64,000 bases of DNA from Octopus bimaculoides (lineage: Eukaryota). Under the pieces are notes generated by a model. That model ran no database searches. It was not told the origin of the DNA and worked only from the letters and a program-made list of their open reading frames with translations. Of the stretch, positions 12,530 to 26,221 are shown piece after piece (the stretch's first letter is position 1; every line of letters starts with the position of its first letter). The position numbers and the translations under genes were made by a program. The stretch lies in NCBI RefSeq assembly GCF_001194135.2, contig NC_068986.1:30367495-30431494 (forward strand), read 5' to 3'.

Positions 12530-12830
12530 TATTTACTGGGGGAGAAGTTGAAAGGGAGGTTGATTGGGTGATAGTGGACAGGCTCAGAGAGAATGGAACA
12601 CACTGTAGAAAATGACTGGAGAATTTGTTAATAGTAAGAGTTAGTACAGAAACCCAACACGGACCAAATACTGAAGTTAATAGCTGTATGATTGAAAGGA
12701 TGATTAAGGATATAAAGGCAGGGAAAGTAACTGGAGCATCAGAGATACTTGCTAAGATACTGAAAATATCCAGTGATGTAAGACGCATGCCAGTCAGTCA
12801 CTTAATCAATCAGGTTGCCCAGGGTGGCAG
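12530..12830 (+). pseudogene. RTE-clade LINE fragment (start of RT region)
   Basis: IKDIKAGKVTGASEILAKILKISSDV...LINQV resembles the RTE K.GKA.G..GI.AEMLK segment. Confidence 0.65.
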
Positions 12831-13154
12831 GACACAATGGTCAGAGATATCACTAAGGTTCTTTTAATTAAAATATGTACTCCAAATTAATCTGTTAATA
12901 AATGAACATAAATACATGAAAAATTAAAGTTCTGGTTTTCAAGTTTCCTAATTCTTCAACTCCTTACTAATTGACTGATCTCTTCTGATATAGTCCAAGC
13001 AACTATTTCAGTACCAGTGAGTAATGGTTTTGGAGAAAGACACATAGAACACGAAGGTCCCCAATAAATGGAACAGATTGATTAAAGTTTTGAAAAGAAT
13101 CTAAAAATCTATTATTTTCATCATCTCTGAGTATAATCTAAGATAACATAAGTC

Positions 13155-13369
13155 TTTTCTTTTCTACACTAGGCACAAGGCCTGAAATTTTAAGGAGGAG
13201 ACCAGTTGATTAGATAAACCCCAGTACGCAACTGGTACTTAATTTATCAATCCCAAAAGGATCAAAGGCAAAGTCGACTTCGGCAGAATTTGAACCCAGA
13301 ACATAAAGACATGAAATACTGCGAAGCATTTCACCCGGCATGCTAATGTTTCTGCTAACTCACTGCCTT
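13155..13369 (-). mobile_element. SINE family S3 (tail type 2)
   Basis: Same head and centre as 7408-7642 but the 3' tail reads ...aatttcaggccttgtgcctagtgtagaaa. Confidence 0.75.
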
Positions 13370-15540
13370 GACAATATAATAGTAATGATGGTGATGATGG
13401 TGGTGGTGGTGGTGGTGTTCTTGAATTAGTTTTGGCAGTTTATTAACATCTTTGGCTATTGTTTGAAACTGTCCTTAGAATGGTAAACAGTAGAACATAA
13501 AAGCTGTATCCACATCATCATCATCATCATCAGAATAAATATTTATTTTGAAAGTAGTAAATTAAAAGTTTTTAAGAGTTAATTAACAATTTCTTTTGTG
13601 GAGCAGCTTTAATGAATTGATTTGTTTCTAGGAGTTTATTACACAGCAGGAAATAATAGAAGTAAATTATTTCCTGCTACATTACCAAAGAAAGGACCAT
13701 CTCGGTGCCATTAATATAAAGACAGGAACATTATGATAAAATTAAGGAAATAGGTGAAAGATCATTATTATTATATTATCAATTAAGTTTGAGAATATTA
13801 AGGAAATACAAAGAAAGCTGCTAAGATTGGATACACAAGAAAAAGAATAGAACCATCATCATTATCACACCGCATATCAAGTTATGCAGTATGTTGATGA
13901 TGGTGGACAATTAATTATATCGTATGAACAATTCCTTTTTTAATTTACCAATTATGAATTAGAAATATTGGAAGATTACTACTCAGACAACAATTCCACG
14001 TTTTTCCCTGTCACTTTTAATTTAGAATGTAATGAAGACTTTCCTTTATTCATAGCTAGTTCTTCACATTTTTTTTCTACTTCCAATAAAGTCATCAATT
14101 CACTACTCCATAGCAGTAATGATATTCACAAAGACTACAATATATAAAAAAAAAAAAAAAAAAAAANNNNNNNNNNNNNNNNNNNNNNNNNNNNNNNNNN
14201 NNNNNNNNNNNNNNNNNNNNNNNNNNNNNNNNNNNNNNNNNNNNNNNNNNNNNNNNNNNNNNNNNNNNNNNNNNNNNNNNNNNNNNNNNNNNNNNNNNNN
14301 NNNNNNNNNNNNNNNNNNNNNNNNNNNNNNNNNNNNNNNNNNNNNNNNNNNNNNNNNNNNNNNNNNNNNNNNNNNNNNNNNNNNNNNNNNNNNNNNNNNN
14401 NNNNNNNNNNNNNNNNNNNNNNNNNNNNNNNNNNNNNNNNNNNNNNNNNNNNNNNNNNNNNNNNNNNNNNNNNNNNNNNNNNNNNNNNNNNNNNNNNNNN
14501 NNNNNNNNNNNNNNNNNNNNNNNNNNNNNNNNNNNNNNNNNNNNNNNNNNNNNNNNNNNNNNNNNNNNNNNNNNNNNNNNNNNNNNNNNNNNNNNNNNNN
14601 NNNNNNNNNNNNNNNNNNNNNNNNNNNNNNNNNNNNNNNNNNNNNNNNNNNNNNNNNNNNNNNNNNNNNNNNNNNNNNNNNNNNNNNNNNNNNNNNNNNN
14701 NNNNNNNNNNNNNNNNNNNNNNNNNNNNNNNNNNNNNNNNNNNNNNNNNNNNNNNNNNNNNNNNNNNNNNNNNNNNNNNNNNNNNNNNNNNNNNNNNNNN
14801 NNNNNNNNNNNNNNNNNNNNNNNATATATATATATATATATATAATTCATTCCAAATGGGTGCGGTGGAAACGAAACCAGCCAAAAACTCAGTAACAGTT
14901 ATGTGTATAACAGCTTTTATTATTTAAAAAAAAAATATGAATAGATGCATGGGTATGAGACGCTTTGGCACAGCTATTTTGGCGCCGCTTATTTTGGCTT
15001 CCTCTCACGTTCGCTCCCACTTTCTCTCAGTTTACGAGTTTATTTCTCTTTATGTGAGGAGAGGAAAAATTGTTTAATGTTAATCAATGTTAAATAAAAT
15101 AGTAATCTCTCTCTCCCTCTCTCCCTATCTATCTATATCACTTTTTCGATTTACAACTGTATATTTCTGCACATACATTCATGCATGCGTTTGCCTCGAG
15201 CACCAAAAAGTACTGTCGCCAAAGCAATCCAGCCAGTCGTGCCAAACCGTCAGAGCGTCAAAACAGCTGCATCCAGTCGTCTAATCCGTACATGCAAGCA
15301 TTGTGAGGGCAATGTGAAACCTGTTGAATACGCTCTATTTGTAAACTTTATCTTTCATCCTCATTAAGACTATAAAATGATTACTAGTGATATATTGTAG
15401 TTGATTCAATTAACTATATCAACTAACTTGTGGTGTGATAACAGAATCTACGCAGAAGTTACGCAGCCATTCAAGGTAGATAACTCATGAGGTAAAATCT
15501 TATTTTTGATGTATGTTATAGAATTTTACATTACTCTTTT

Positions 15541-15981
15541 TTATTCTTTTACTTGTTTCAGTCATTTGACTGTGGCCATGCTGGAGCACGGCCTTTAGTC
15601 GAGCATATCGACTCCGGGACTTATTCTTTGTAAGCCTAGTACTTATTCTATAGGTCACTTTTGCCGAACCGCTAGGTTACGGGGACATAAGCACACCAGC
15701 ATCGGTTGTCAAGCAAATTTTAGGGGGGCAAACACAGACACACACACACACANNNNNNNNNNNNNNNNNNNNNNNNNNNNNNNNNNNNNNNNNNNNNNNN
15801 NNNNNNNNNNNNNNNNNNNNNNNNNNNNNNNNNNNNNNNNNNNNNNNNNNNNNNNNNNNNNNNNNNNNNNNNNNNNNNNNNNNNNNNNNNNNNNNNNNNN
15901 NNNNNNNNNNNNNNNNNNNNNNNNNNNNNNNNNNNNNNNNNNNNNNNNNNNNNNNNNNNNNNNNNNNNNNNNNNNNNNNNN

Positions 15982-16015
<34 letters not shown>

Positions 16016-16168
16016 GAAGGGCTTCTTTCAGTTTCCGTCTACCAAATCCACTCACAAGGCTTTGGTTGGCCCGAGGCTATAGTAGAAGACACTTGCCCAA
16101 GATGCCACGCAGTGGGACTAAACCCGGAACCACGTGGTTGGTAAACAAGCTACTTACCACACAGCCAC
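15541..16168 (-). mobile_element. SINE family S2 spanning an assembly gap in its internal microsatellite
   Basis: Both halves match 57128-57512; the gap 15753-15980 lies between (CA)n and (TA)n. Confidence 0.8.
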
Positions 16169-16522
16169 TTCAGTTTAAAATTTCTTTAGAACGGTAATTT
16201 GTTGGGACGGGTGAAGTTAGAGTTATTTGATCTAGGTATTTCAACAAGGGGGTGCTAGGAAAGGCCAGGTACTGTTCTTGCAATACTCCAAAGCAATTTA
16301 AAGTTGTTGTTTGCTGCTTGTCATCATCATCATCATCGTTTAACGTCTGCTTTCCATACTAGCATGGGTTGGACGACTTGACTGAGGACTTGTGAACCAG
16401 ATGGCTGTACCAGGCCCCAATCTGATCTGGCAGAGTTTCTACAGCTGGATTCCCTTCCTAACACCAACCACTCTGAGAGTGTAGTGGGTGCTTTTACGTG
16501 CCACCGGCACGAGGGCCAGTCA

Positions 16523-16567
<45 letters not shown>

Positions 16568-17737
16568 CATACATATATAACAACATACCAAGTAGATCTC
16601 AGTATATCTAGTGGGATATTTTTTCTACACCAAGGACCTAAAGTGACACAGCCTGCACTGGTTGATGCAACACAACCAGATGCACAATATCCTACCCCTT
16701 TGGAACAGATGCAGGAGGAGTTGAAACGTGCTTAATAAAGATACGTACTAAATCTTTCTTCCATTATCTTTATCAATCGTGTGTGTGTGTATGTGTGTGT
16801 GTCTGAATGTGTTTGCCATCCACCACCACCACCACTTAACAACCAGTGTTGGTTTGTTTTTACATCCACATAACTTAGCTCTTTGGCAAATGAGACCAAT
16901 CAAATTGGGATTTAATATGTTCAACTAAAACCCTTCAACGCAGTGCCCCAGCATGGCCGCATTCCAGTGACTGAAAGAAATAAAAACTAAAAGCTAAAGT
17001 TGCTTAGTTTAATACATAAAAACAGACACAAAAAGAATCTTATAGAAAAAAAGATGTTCTCAAATAAAAAAATTTTTTTGTGACAGGAGCCTTTTTGTGT
17101 TCATATCTGTAAGTAACAATACAACTTTATATATTTTATTTCAAATTTATTAATAAAAAATATTCTATAAGAATGGTTTCAAATTTTGGTACAAGGCCAG
17201 AATATATTCTATAATAATCAATATGAAATTTATTTTATACAATAAATAATAAATAGCTTTTCTTTTCTTTTTTTTAATCAATGATTTATATTGATAGAAC
17301 ATAATTGAATATTAGGAGCAAAAATGTTAAAGTTCTCACACTGGTTCTGAAGTATTTGTTTGTTAGTGGTACAAATATATCATTAGAAGTGAGAAATTGT
17401 CTATATATAATAGTGCAAGTTTGTTATATATATATATCTATATATAGATAGATAGATAGATAGATAGATATAGATCTATCTATATTTTATTGTGTCTGGG
17501 GAGAGTCATTCTATTTTAATGCCTTATTAATGAAGACACTCACTGGCTCGATTTCCACTCATTTACTTATTTATTTTTTTCTAAAATTTTCATTGCTTCT
17601 TGCAACCTCTTCAATAGTGGATAGCCAGAGGTTTGTAAGAGTCATCTCCCAAAGGAAACAGTTCTCAGAAAGACATCAAAAGAAGAAGAAGAAGAAGCAG
17701 AAGCAGTAGTAGTAGGAGGAGGAGGAGGAGGAGGAGG

Positions 17738-18650
17738 ATCCTTTCTACTATAGGCACAAGGCCCAAAACTTTGGGGGGAGGAGATAGTCGATTACATCAA
17801 CTCCAGTGTTTCACTGGTACTTAATTTATCAACCCCCAAAAGGATGAAAAGCAAAGTTGACCTCAGTGGAATTTGAACTCAGAACAAAGACAGACGAATG
17901 CCACTAAGCATTTTATCCAGCATGCTAACAATTCTGCTAGCTCACTGCCATAATAATAATAATAATAATAATAATAGTAATAAAAATCCTGTCTACCAAA
18001 GGCACAAGGCCTGAAATTTGGGGGAGGGGACTAGTCAATTACATTGACCCCAGTGTTTCACTGGTACTTAATTTATCAATCCCAAAAGGATGAAAGACAA
18101 AGTCAACCTCGGCAGAATAAATAATAATAATAATAACGTTGATGATAATGATGACGATTTCATTTATTTGACACAAGGGCAAAGGATGAAGGGGACAAAT
18201 AATAATAAATTTTAATAATAATAATAATCCTTTCAACCATAGGCACAAGACCTGAGATTTCGGGGGAGGGGATAGTCAACTGCATCGATCCCAGTGATTG
18301 CCAAGTACTTTTTCATCAACCCCAGAAGGATGGAAAGCAAAGTCGACCTCGGCAGGATTTGAACACAATGTAAAGATGGGTAAAATACTGCTAATGATTT
18401 TGTCCAATGTGGTAATGATTCTGCCAGCTCACCATCTTATTACTAATAATAATCCTTTTCTACCAAAGGCCTGAAATTTGGGGGAGAGAACTTGTCAATT
18501 ACGGTGATGCCAGTGTTTCACTGGTATTTTAATTTATTGAGCCGAAAATGATGAAAAGCAAAGTCAACCTTAGCAGCATTTGAACTCAGAACACAGAATA
18601 CTGCTAAGCATTTTGTCCAGCATGCTAATGTTTCTGCCAGCTTGCTGCCT
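17738..18650 (-). mobile_element. Cluster of four co-oriented S3 SINEs separated by (AAT)n tracts
   Basis: Copies at about 17738-17949, 17986-18117, 18226-18436 and 18451-18650, each beginning atcct..tctac..aggcacaagg or similar on the plus strand. Confidence 0.75.
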
Positions 18651-19329
18651 CCCATGCAGGCAGCACATAAAAAACACCTTTTTGAGCATGGCCGTTGCCA
18701 GTACCGTGTGACTGGCCCTCGTGCCGGTGGCACGTAAAAGCACCCACTACAGTCTCGGAGTGTTTGGCATCAGGAAGGGCATCCAGCTGTAGAAACTCTG
18801 CCAGACCAGATTGGAGCCTGGTGCAGCCTTCTGGCTTGCCAGTCCTCTGTCAAATCGTCCAACCCATGCTAGCATGGAAAGCGGATGTTAAACGATGATG
18901 ATGATGATGATGAATAGTGTTAAATGAATGAGAGACTAAAGTCATCATCGTCATCACCACTATTGCCATCATCATCATCGTCACCACCATTGTCGTCATC
19001 ATCATCATCATTTTTATACTTGCTTTTCCCATGCTGAAAATACATCTTGAGGCAATATTCTATGACTTGATGCCTTTTTTTTAACGCCTTATTTCAATCC
19101 CTGTAAGGTACTGAAACAATGATCTGTCACTAGATGTTGACTCTTCCAACCACTGATGTTTTTTGTGCTTATTCACGACAGACAATTGTGTGCCAAAGTC
19201 AAAAGCAGTGTTGATGTGAAGACACAAGGAGACAAACACACATGCATATGCACACATATACACACAGACAAGGGCGAGTTATTGCATTACTTTCTCTCTT
19301 TCTCACACACCCAAACACACACGCACGCA

Positions 19330-19381
<52 letters not shown>

Positions 19382-21178
19382 ATATATATGTTGGGCTTCT
19401 TCTCTACAGTTTCCATCAACCAAATTTCACTCACATCGGTTGAGCTAAAACGATGGTACAAAACACTTATCCAAAAGCCTGACAGTGAGATTGAAAATAA
19501 AACAGTGTAGTTATGAATCAAACACACATAGCCATATCTATTGCAAATGATATTTCCAAAACATCTCTTCTATTTCAACTGAAGACCATAGACAAAACAA
19601 ATAATATAAACTTAATTAAAAAAAGAAAAAAATTTAAACCAGCTTTTGTTTACTTCTCTGAAAATTCTTTGATAAGAACAAAATATTGTATTAAAAAAAA
19701 TTTTTTTTTCTTCCTTCCTGTCCCAAGATACATTTTATCATACACAGATCACAACAATAAATGGTATGTGATATTGCTGGAATGAAAATTTAACTTGTTG
19801 AGTTAAAAATAAAAGCAGGATCGTGGAGTTTTAAATCCCTGATACAAACTACGGCAGACAATATCTGGCCTTTGTGGAGTAAAATAGGTTTGTTGGACAT
19901 GTGTGTAGAAAGTCACAACCAATTTTCTCTACTACAATAAACAGTCACAATGTACAATTAAATAATTACCTATACTTACTAATTACCTAATTAACTACAC
20001 TTACTCACAGCTGCCTACTTAAAGTATACCTAACAAACAATTGTGCAACAGTCTAAACACATGTTAATTATCATCATTATCATCGCTTTGATATTTATTG
20101 TGTGACAGAGAGAGAAAGAGAGAGAGAGGACAGACAGAGACAGACAGACAGACAGACAGAAGGAACAAGTGTGGTATTGGCGTGGACACTGAAATACTGT
20201 ATCTTTCAATGAGCTTTTGAACATGCATTATTTCCTCTGTGACATTCTCAAATCTTTAAATCTTCTCAAATTTCTTCCCCAAATTTTACCTGTCTTTTAT
20301 AAGTTATATATACTACAGACTTACAATACTGTTTCCTTTAGCATGCATGAATCCATTTCATCTATTGCCTACGGCAGTGTAGTCATCTCTCTTGCATACA
20401 TGTGCCAACGTGTGTTTGATGTCAGACAAATATTTTCTACTCACTGGCTCTCAACAGCAAATCAATCGTAAGACAAGCGAATACCAAATATCCTTACACA
20501 TAGATGTATTACAAGAAATGTGAAGAGTGAAATTCATACTGAAAGCAACATAACAGATGTGTTAACAACATTAATACTTATGCTAAGCCATAGTAAATTA
20601 ATATCATAAACACTTCAACTTATACTAAACTAACTGACAAGCTGAGGATTTCTCTGAGTCAAACACAATCATGTGTATATGTTCTTTTTATGTTTTTTAA
20701 AGCCAAAACAAAGAAAGTTATAAAAAAAAAAGCATTAATAATATAGGTTGATAGTTTATACTTTTATCTGGTATTTCAATAGTTCAGGCTTAGAAGCCCT
20801 TCTTCAAGAAATCTTTGAAAAGAAGGTGCCGTTAGCTGATTTCTCTTCTATTATCAATTTTTTAATAATTTGCAGGTTTTGGTTTTAAAATACTATTAAA
20901 AACATATACATACACACATACATGTATATGTATAAGCTATAGTTTTATTTTGTTGACTGTCCCTCCAAGATTTTCTAAAATGTGGATTCATAAACTAACG
21001 AGAGTTATCTTAACCATAATTAGGTACACACACACAGACGCACAAAGATAAAATTGGGGGGGGGGGCTAATATGAACTTTCCAAAATATTTAACTCTGCT
21101 CTCTGTATTTAGTTACCACATCAGTAAATGTTCCATTGTTATTCTTAAACTTGCTTGGAAATAATAACTCTCTCCCTC

Positions 21179-21230
<52 letters not shown>

Positions 21231-21239
21231 CGTGCGTGC

Positions 21240-21862
21240 GTGGTGCCGTCTTCCTAGTGAGGCAGCTGCAGGAAAAGTACTTGTCCAAAAGTAAGCCATT
21301 GCACTTAGCCTTTATCAGCTTGGGGAAAGCTTTCAGCAGTTCCTTGCTCCATTATATGGTGGTCTCTAGGGAAGTTAGGAGTAGAGGAGTGGCTTGTTAG
21401 AGCTGTACAAGCCATGTACAGTGGTGCTGTTAGTAAGGTGGGTGTTGGCCATGAATACAGTGATGAATTTAATGTTCAGGCAGGGGTTCACCAGGGCTCA
21501 TTTCTCAGCCCACTCTTATTCATCATAATCCTCCAGGCCATAACAAAGGAATTTAAAACTGGATGCCTGTGGGAACTACTATATACTGATGACCTTGCTC
21601 TTATTGCAGAATCTTTAGCAGAATTGGAGAAGAAATTTCAGGTATGGAAACAAAATCTGGAATCAAAAGGGCTTTGAAGTTAACTTAGCAAAGACCAATG
21701 TTGTTAGTAAGAAAGAAGATAAATCTCTCTTCCCGTCAGGTAAATGGCCTTGCTCAATATGTAGGAAAGGAATTGGAAGAAATTTCCTTTGCTGCACCTA
21801 GTTTAAACTACAGACACATAAGAGTTGCTGTGGAATCACAGGTAGATTAACAGATAAAGTCA
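21240..21862 (+). pseudogene. RTE-clade reverse transcriptase fragment followed by a Cys/His (PHD-like) segment
   Basis: Frames read FLVRQLQEKYL..LAFISLGKAF, GVHQGSFLSPLLFIIILQ and LLYTDDLALIAES, then CSICRKGIG..CCT*FKLQTHKSC. Frameshifts and stops present. Confidence 0.85.
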
Positions 21863-21894
21863 TCATATATATANNNNNNNNNNNNNNNNNNNNN

Positions 21895-21928
<34 letters not shown>

Positions 21929-22556
21929 ACTGTTAATTTATCAATGATAAGTCTCATCTCAATTACCCTGTCTACCTCAATTACTTTATCTGACTACCTC
22001 AATTACTTTATCTACCCACTTTTCTGCTAACAGTATGCCTACACCACCTACTCCATCCTTCCTGCCAACCCAGAAGAATTTGAATCTGTCTCTAGCCCAT
22101 GAGGAATCTAGCTGAGGCTCTCCTCCATCTTATTTCTTGCACACCACACACATCAACATGATGTCATACCATCATATCAATAATCTCCCCACTCCTTCCT
22201 TTCATTGTACCAACATTGATGGTAGTGGCCCTGTGACTGAGTGCTTGTGAGTGGTGATGGCAAAGTAGTTGTGGAAATGTCATTACTTGAAATGAAGAGT
22301 TTTGGTACATATTTCACTCAGTGAAATACAATGAACCACAGTTTCCCTCCACGTCATCCAACATCAAGAGCAAGAGCCAACAAATGGGTATGAGAATAGG
22401 GTGGTTACATAGGGCAGTTTAAGTATTATATGTCTAAATATGTATATATGAAGTACATTTAACTGCATATGACACTCATCAGGGTACCTGTATGAGGGTA
22501 TAAAGGTATAATCAAAATATGTATTCGCACACACGGCACAGGAAGCGTATGCGTTG

Positions 22557-23368
22557 CCTTACCAAAATTACATAAAAATATCTTGAAATACTAAACAGTA
22601 AATTCAATAAAGCCGTCATTGGCTTCAACCACAGCCTCCAGATGACTTCAGAATCTCCTGCAACTCTTCTGGACAGTCTCCTTGTTTAAGTTGGTGAAAG
22701 CTGCCATAATCCTTGCCTTCAGTTCATCTTTGGTGTTACAAGGAGTTCTGTTGGTCTCTTGCTCAACTGCACTCCACATATAATAATTAAGGGGGTTGTA
22801 GTCTGGGGAGTTAGGTGGCCAGATGTTAGAGGTGATGTGGTCGCAGAAATTGTCTGACAGCCATGAGCAGGTTCCCCTGCTTGTGTGGCATGGTGCAGAG
22901 TCCTGATGCCAGACATGGGGGTCTTCCAGCAGCCACCCTCTTGACTCAGGGCAGCACTACCTCCTCCAGGCACTCGATGTAGGCCTCTGTGCTGAGTTTG
23001 AGGCCATGTGGGAAGATGAATAGAAGCATAACGTCCCCATCACTAATGATCACTCCAAACACCGTTATGTTGACTGGATGTTTGATTTTTAGCACTCTTG
23101 GTACATGTCCTCATATTACACTGTCCTCAGATTGACACCCAAACGCTCTGAAATGTCTGTATTGGAGATTCTGGCACAAATGTTAAGCAGTACAGCATGT
23201 CGTTTCCAAATTTCTTGCAGAGTAAATTGTGTCATGGTGCTGTTTTTCTCACAGATGGTGCCCAACTGACCCTACTATATTGTGTAGTTGATGAAATCAA
23301 AAACAAACAATGCGCATGCGCAAAATTAAAAATATAAAATGGCAACAATTTACCCATCACACCCTGTA
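22557..23368 (-). mobile_element. Tc1/mariner maT-type (DD37D) transposon remnant
   Basis: Minus strand reads QDSAPCHTSRGTCSWLSDNFCDHITSNIWPPNSPDYNPLNYYMW...TKDELKARIMAAFTNLNKETVQKSC, with 37 residues between the second and third catalytic positions (third is N). The end reads tacagggtgtgatggg on the minus strand from 23368. Confidence 0.85.
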
Positions 23369-25679
23369 CATACATATATTTGCATATACATGCATGCACA
23401 TGTGCATACTTATGCATTCAAGGGGGAGTAATAAACAAGGAAGTCAGGTAAGGGAGAGTAGTTTAAAGTAACAAGTTACTTTCAGATGTACGCACACACA
23501 CACACACACACATATGCACACATACACACACACAGAGGTAATATATATTTAACATTACAATTAACAAACACATCAGGTCAATTAACAACTAATGTATAAC
23601 TGCCAAGCCTAGATTTCTGATACATCTTTCCTAACAGCCACAGCTATTGTACTTGTTAATGCGATGTGACACTGGCTGGTGTATTTGCCGAGAAAATTAA
23701 ATATATTTTCAAAGGTGGGAGAACAATAGCTTACATAATTTATAGAACTTATTGGAACCAGGACAATAAAACAACAATTACACAGACATAAATATAGGTT
23801 TATTTATATATTAATAAATGCATAAATATTCACACATAGGTATGATATACATACAGTTTTGTTGTACAATAAAACTTGACTGTAAAAATCTATATTTGAG
23901 CTTGTTATACTCATCCAGCTTAATGTATCGATTTACCAAGGTTGTTTTGAATAAATATCAAAAGATTCTATTTAATTTCTTCTAGAAATTACTGTTTAGG
24001 TTGCTTCTAATTATAATCATCTTATGTATGAATTTATTATCTAGAGACAGCAGAAAATATCCCAGGGATGCCTTGTGCTTGGAGAACACAGTCAAGTGCA
24101 GCCTAATATACTTAAATGTAGTAAACCAAAATGAATTCTTAATCTAGTTAAATTATATTGCATCAGCATGGCCACAGCTCTAAGCTGAAACTATAAAAGA
24201 TATAGTGGAAAGAAAAGTCATTACTGTCAATGAAAATTATTATCAAGGATAACAAGAAGGGGGAAATTTAAATTGCTTAAAAATTAAAAGAGGCATGGGA
24301 AGTATGGTCACTGATAATTCCTGTGAAAATTCCAGGCAAGGTCTTGTGTTTAGCTCATTGCAGTCAACATCACTTAATGTCCACTTTTCCATGCTTGCAT
24401 GGGTCAGACAAAATTTGTTGAGATGGATTTTCTACAGCTGGATGCTCCTTCTGTCACCAACCCTCACCTGCTTCCATGAAAATATGTCTGGTCATATTTT
24501 CATGTAAGACTGGAAACAAAGGACACCACTTACATGAGGATGACATTTATTTACAGCTATCACATGATGTCAAGGTAAGAAGACAGTAACACACACACAT
24601 ATATATACATACATCATCATCATGATTTAACATCCATTTTCCATGCTAGCATGGGTTGGATAGTTTGACAGGAGTTGACAAGTCAGAAGACTGCACCAAG
24701 CTTTACTGTCTGCTTAGATATAGTTTCTACAGTTACATGCCCTTCCTAATAACCACTTTACAAAAGTGCACCAGGTGCCTTTCATGTGGCAACAGTGAGG
24801 TCGACAAGTAACTAGCAAGAGAAGACCCCTCAACAGAGGCTTTGTGATGAGAGGTTTGAGTGTGAATAAAGAGTCAGAAATAGGTGTCTTGCAGTGAAGG
24901 GGACACATGGCTACTTCATCTAGAAAAAAAGGAGGAGAGAGGGAAGAGAGATGGTGAAGGTGTGATAGTGGGGGGGTACATTCACATTACAGGGAGGTGT
25001 ACATAAGTGGAACCAAGGACTGGATAAGATGAGTGGGTTGGTGGGTATGCTTGCAAGATTGTAAGAGGAGAGCGAGAGATGCAAGCAGAAGGTATGTTGT
25101 GAGTGGACACAAATAAAGGGAGAGTATGTTTGAAGGATATGTTGTGGGGAATAGATTCAAATGGGACACATTGTGTGCATGTAGGTTCATGAGGGTGCAA
25201 AGGGAGAGTGGGAGATAGAGGTTTGTCTTACAAATCACGATTTTCTCTAACACATTGTCTTGCAATCCAGAACACCTCATGCTTCTGGCTCTCATGCCAC
25301 AGAACATCGGTAAACCTCTTCCTTTCTGTTTCTCCTCTAGCTAAATATAACCATTGCCCAGTTTCTCTTCCAGCTGCTTTGCACAGTTCTCTGCTAACCC
25401 TTCCCTTTCAGTCCTTTCATGTCAGACAGACTTGTTTCAGTTTCTGTCTACCAAATCTACTCACAAGGCTTTAGTTGACCCAGAGCTATATCAGAAGACA
25501 CTTGCCCAAAATAGCACTCAGTGGGACTGAACCTGAGACCATGTGGTTGGGGAGCAAGCTTCTTAACCACACACTCATGCCTGCACCATAATTAAGAGTA
25601 AATATTTCATAGTAGTATAAATATGCTTCTAAAGCTGCATCTTGCTACTGATATGCTATTATGCTATTAGTTAAAATTG

Positions 25680-25726
<47 letters not shown>

Positions 25727-26221
25727 GTGGTAATATCTGTTTGTGAAGAAAGAGCCTGATATAGATCAGGAGTCAGCTTTGAAAAATATTCATTGAATTC
25801 TGTTTTTGTCTTTCATTATTTGAGGCATAATAATGAAGAAAATATATTCTAGTGTTTATTTGATTAACACAATCACCCCCCCCCCCNNNNNNNNNNNNNN
25901 NNNNNNNNNNNNNNNNNNNNNNNNNNNNNNNNNNNNNNNNNNNNNNNNNNNNNNNNNNNNNNNNNNNNNNNNNNNNNNNNNNNNNNNNNNNNNNNNNNNN
26001 NNNNNNNNNNNNNNNNNNNNNNNNNNNNNNCCCCCACAACAACCACCTTTCTTCATTCATTACTTTGCAAAGCCAAATTCTCTACCACGACTTGAAATTT
26101 CCAGTGAAGGAATCTCTAAGTGGTTACACAACCTACTAGAAGTAACAGCCAAAATATCCTTTAAATCACACATCAATATTTTTAAAAAAGAAAATGATAT
26201 CTTAAAACCCAAGCGACACGT

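Noticed and set aside
13620-14090. QYVDD motif and LINE-like peptides
   Set aside because: Motifs fall in inconsistent frames and strands; too degenerate to assign.
272-14895. Long ORFs of 150-270 aa in the ORF track
   Set aside because: They consist of X residues from N-gaps or microsatellite translations.
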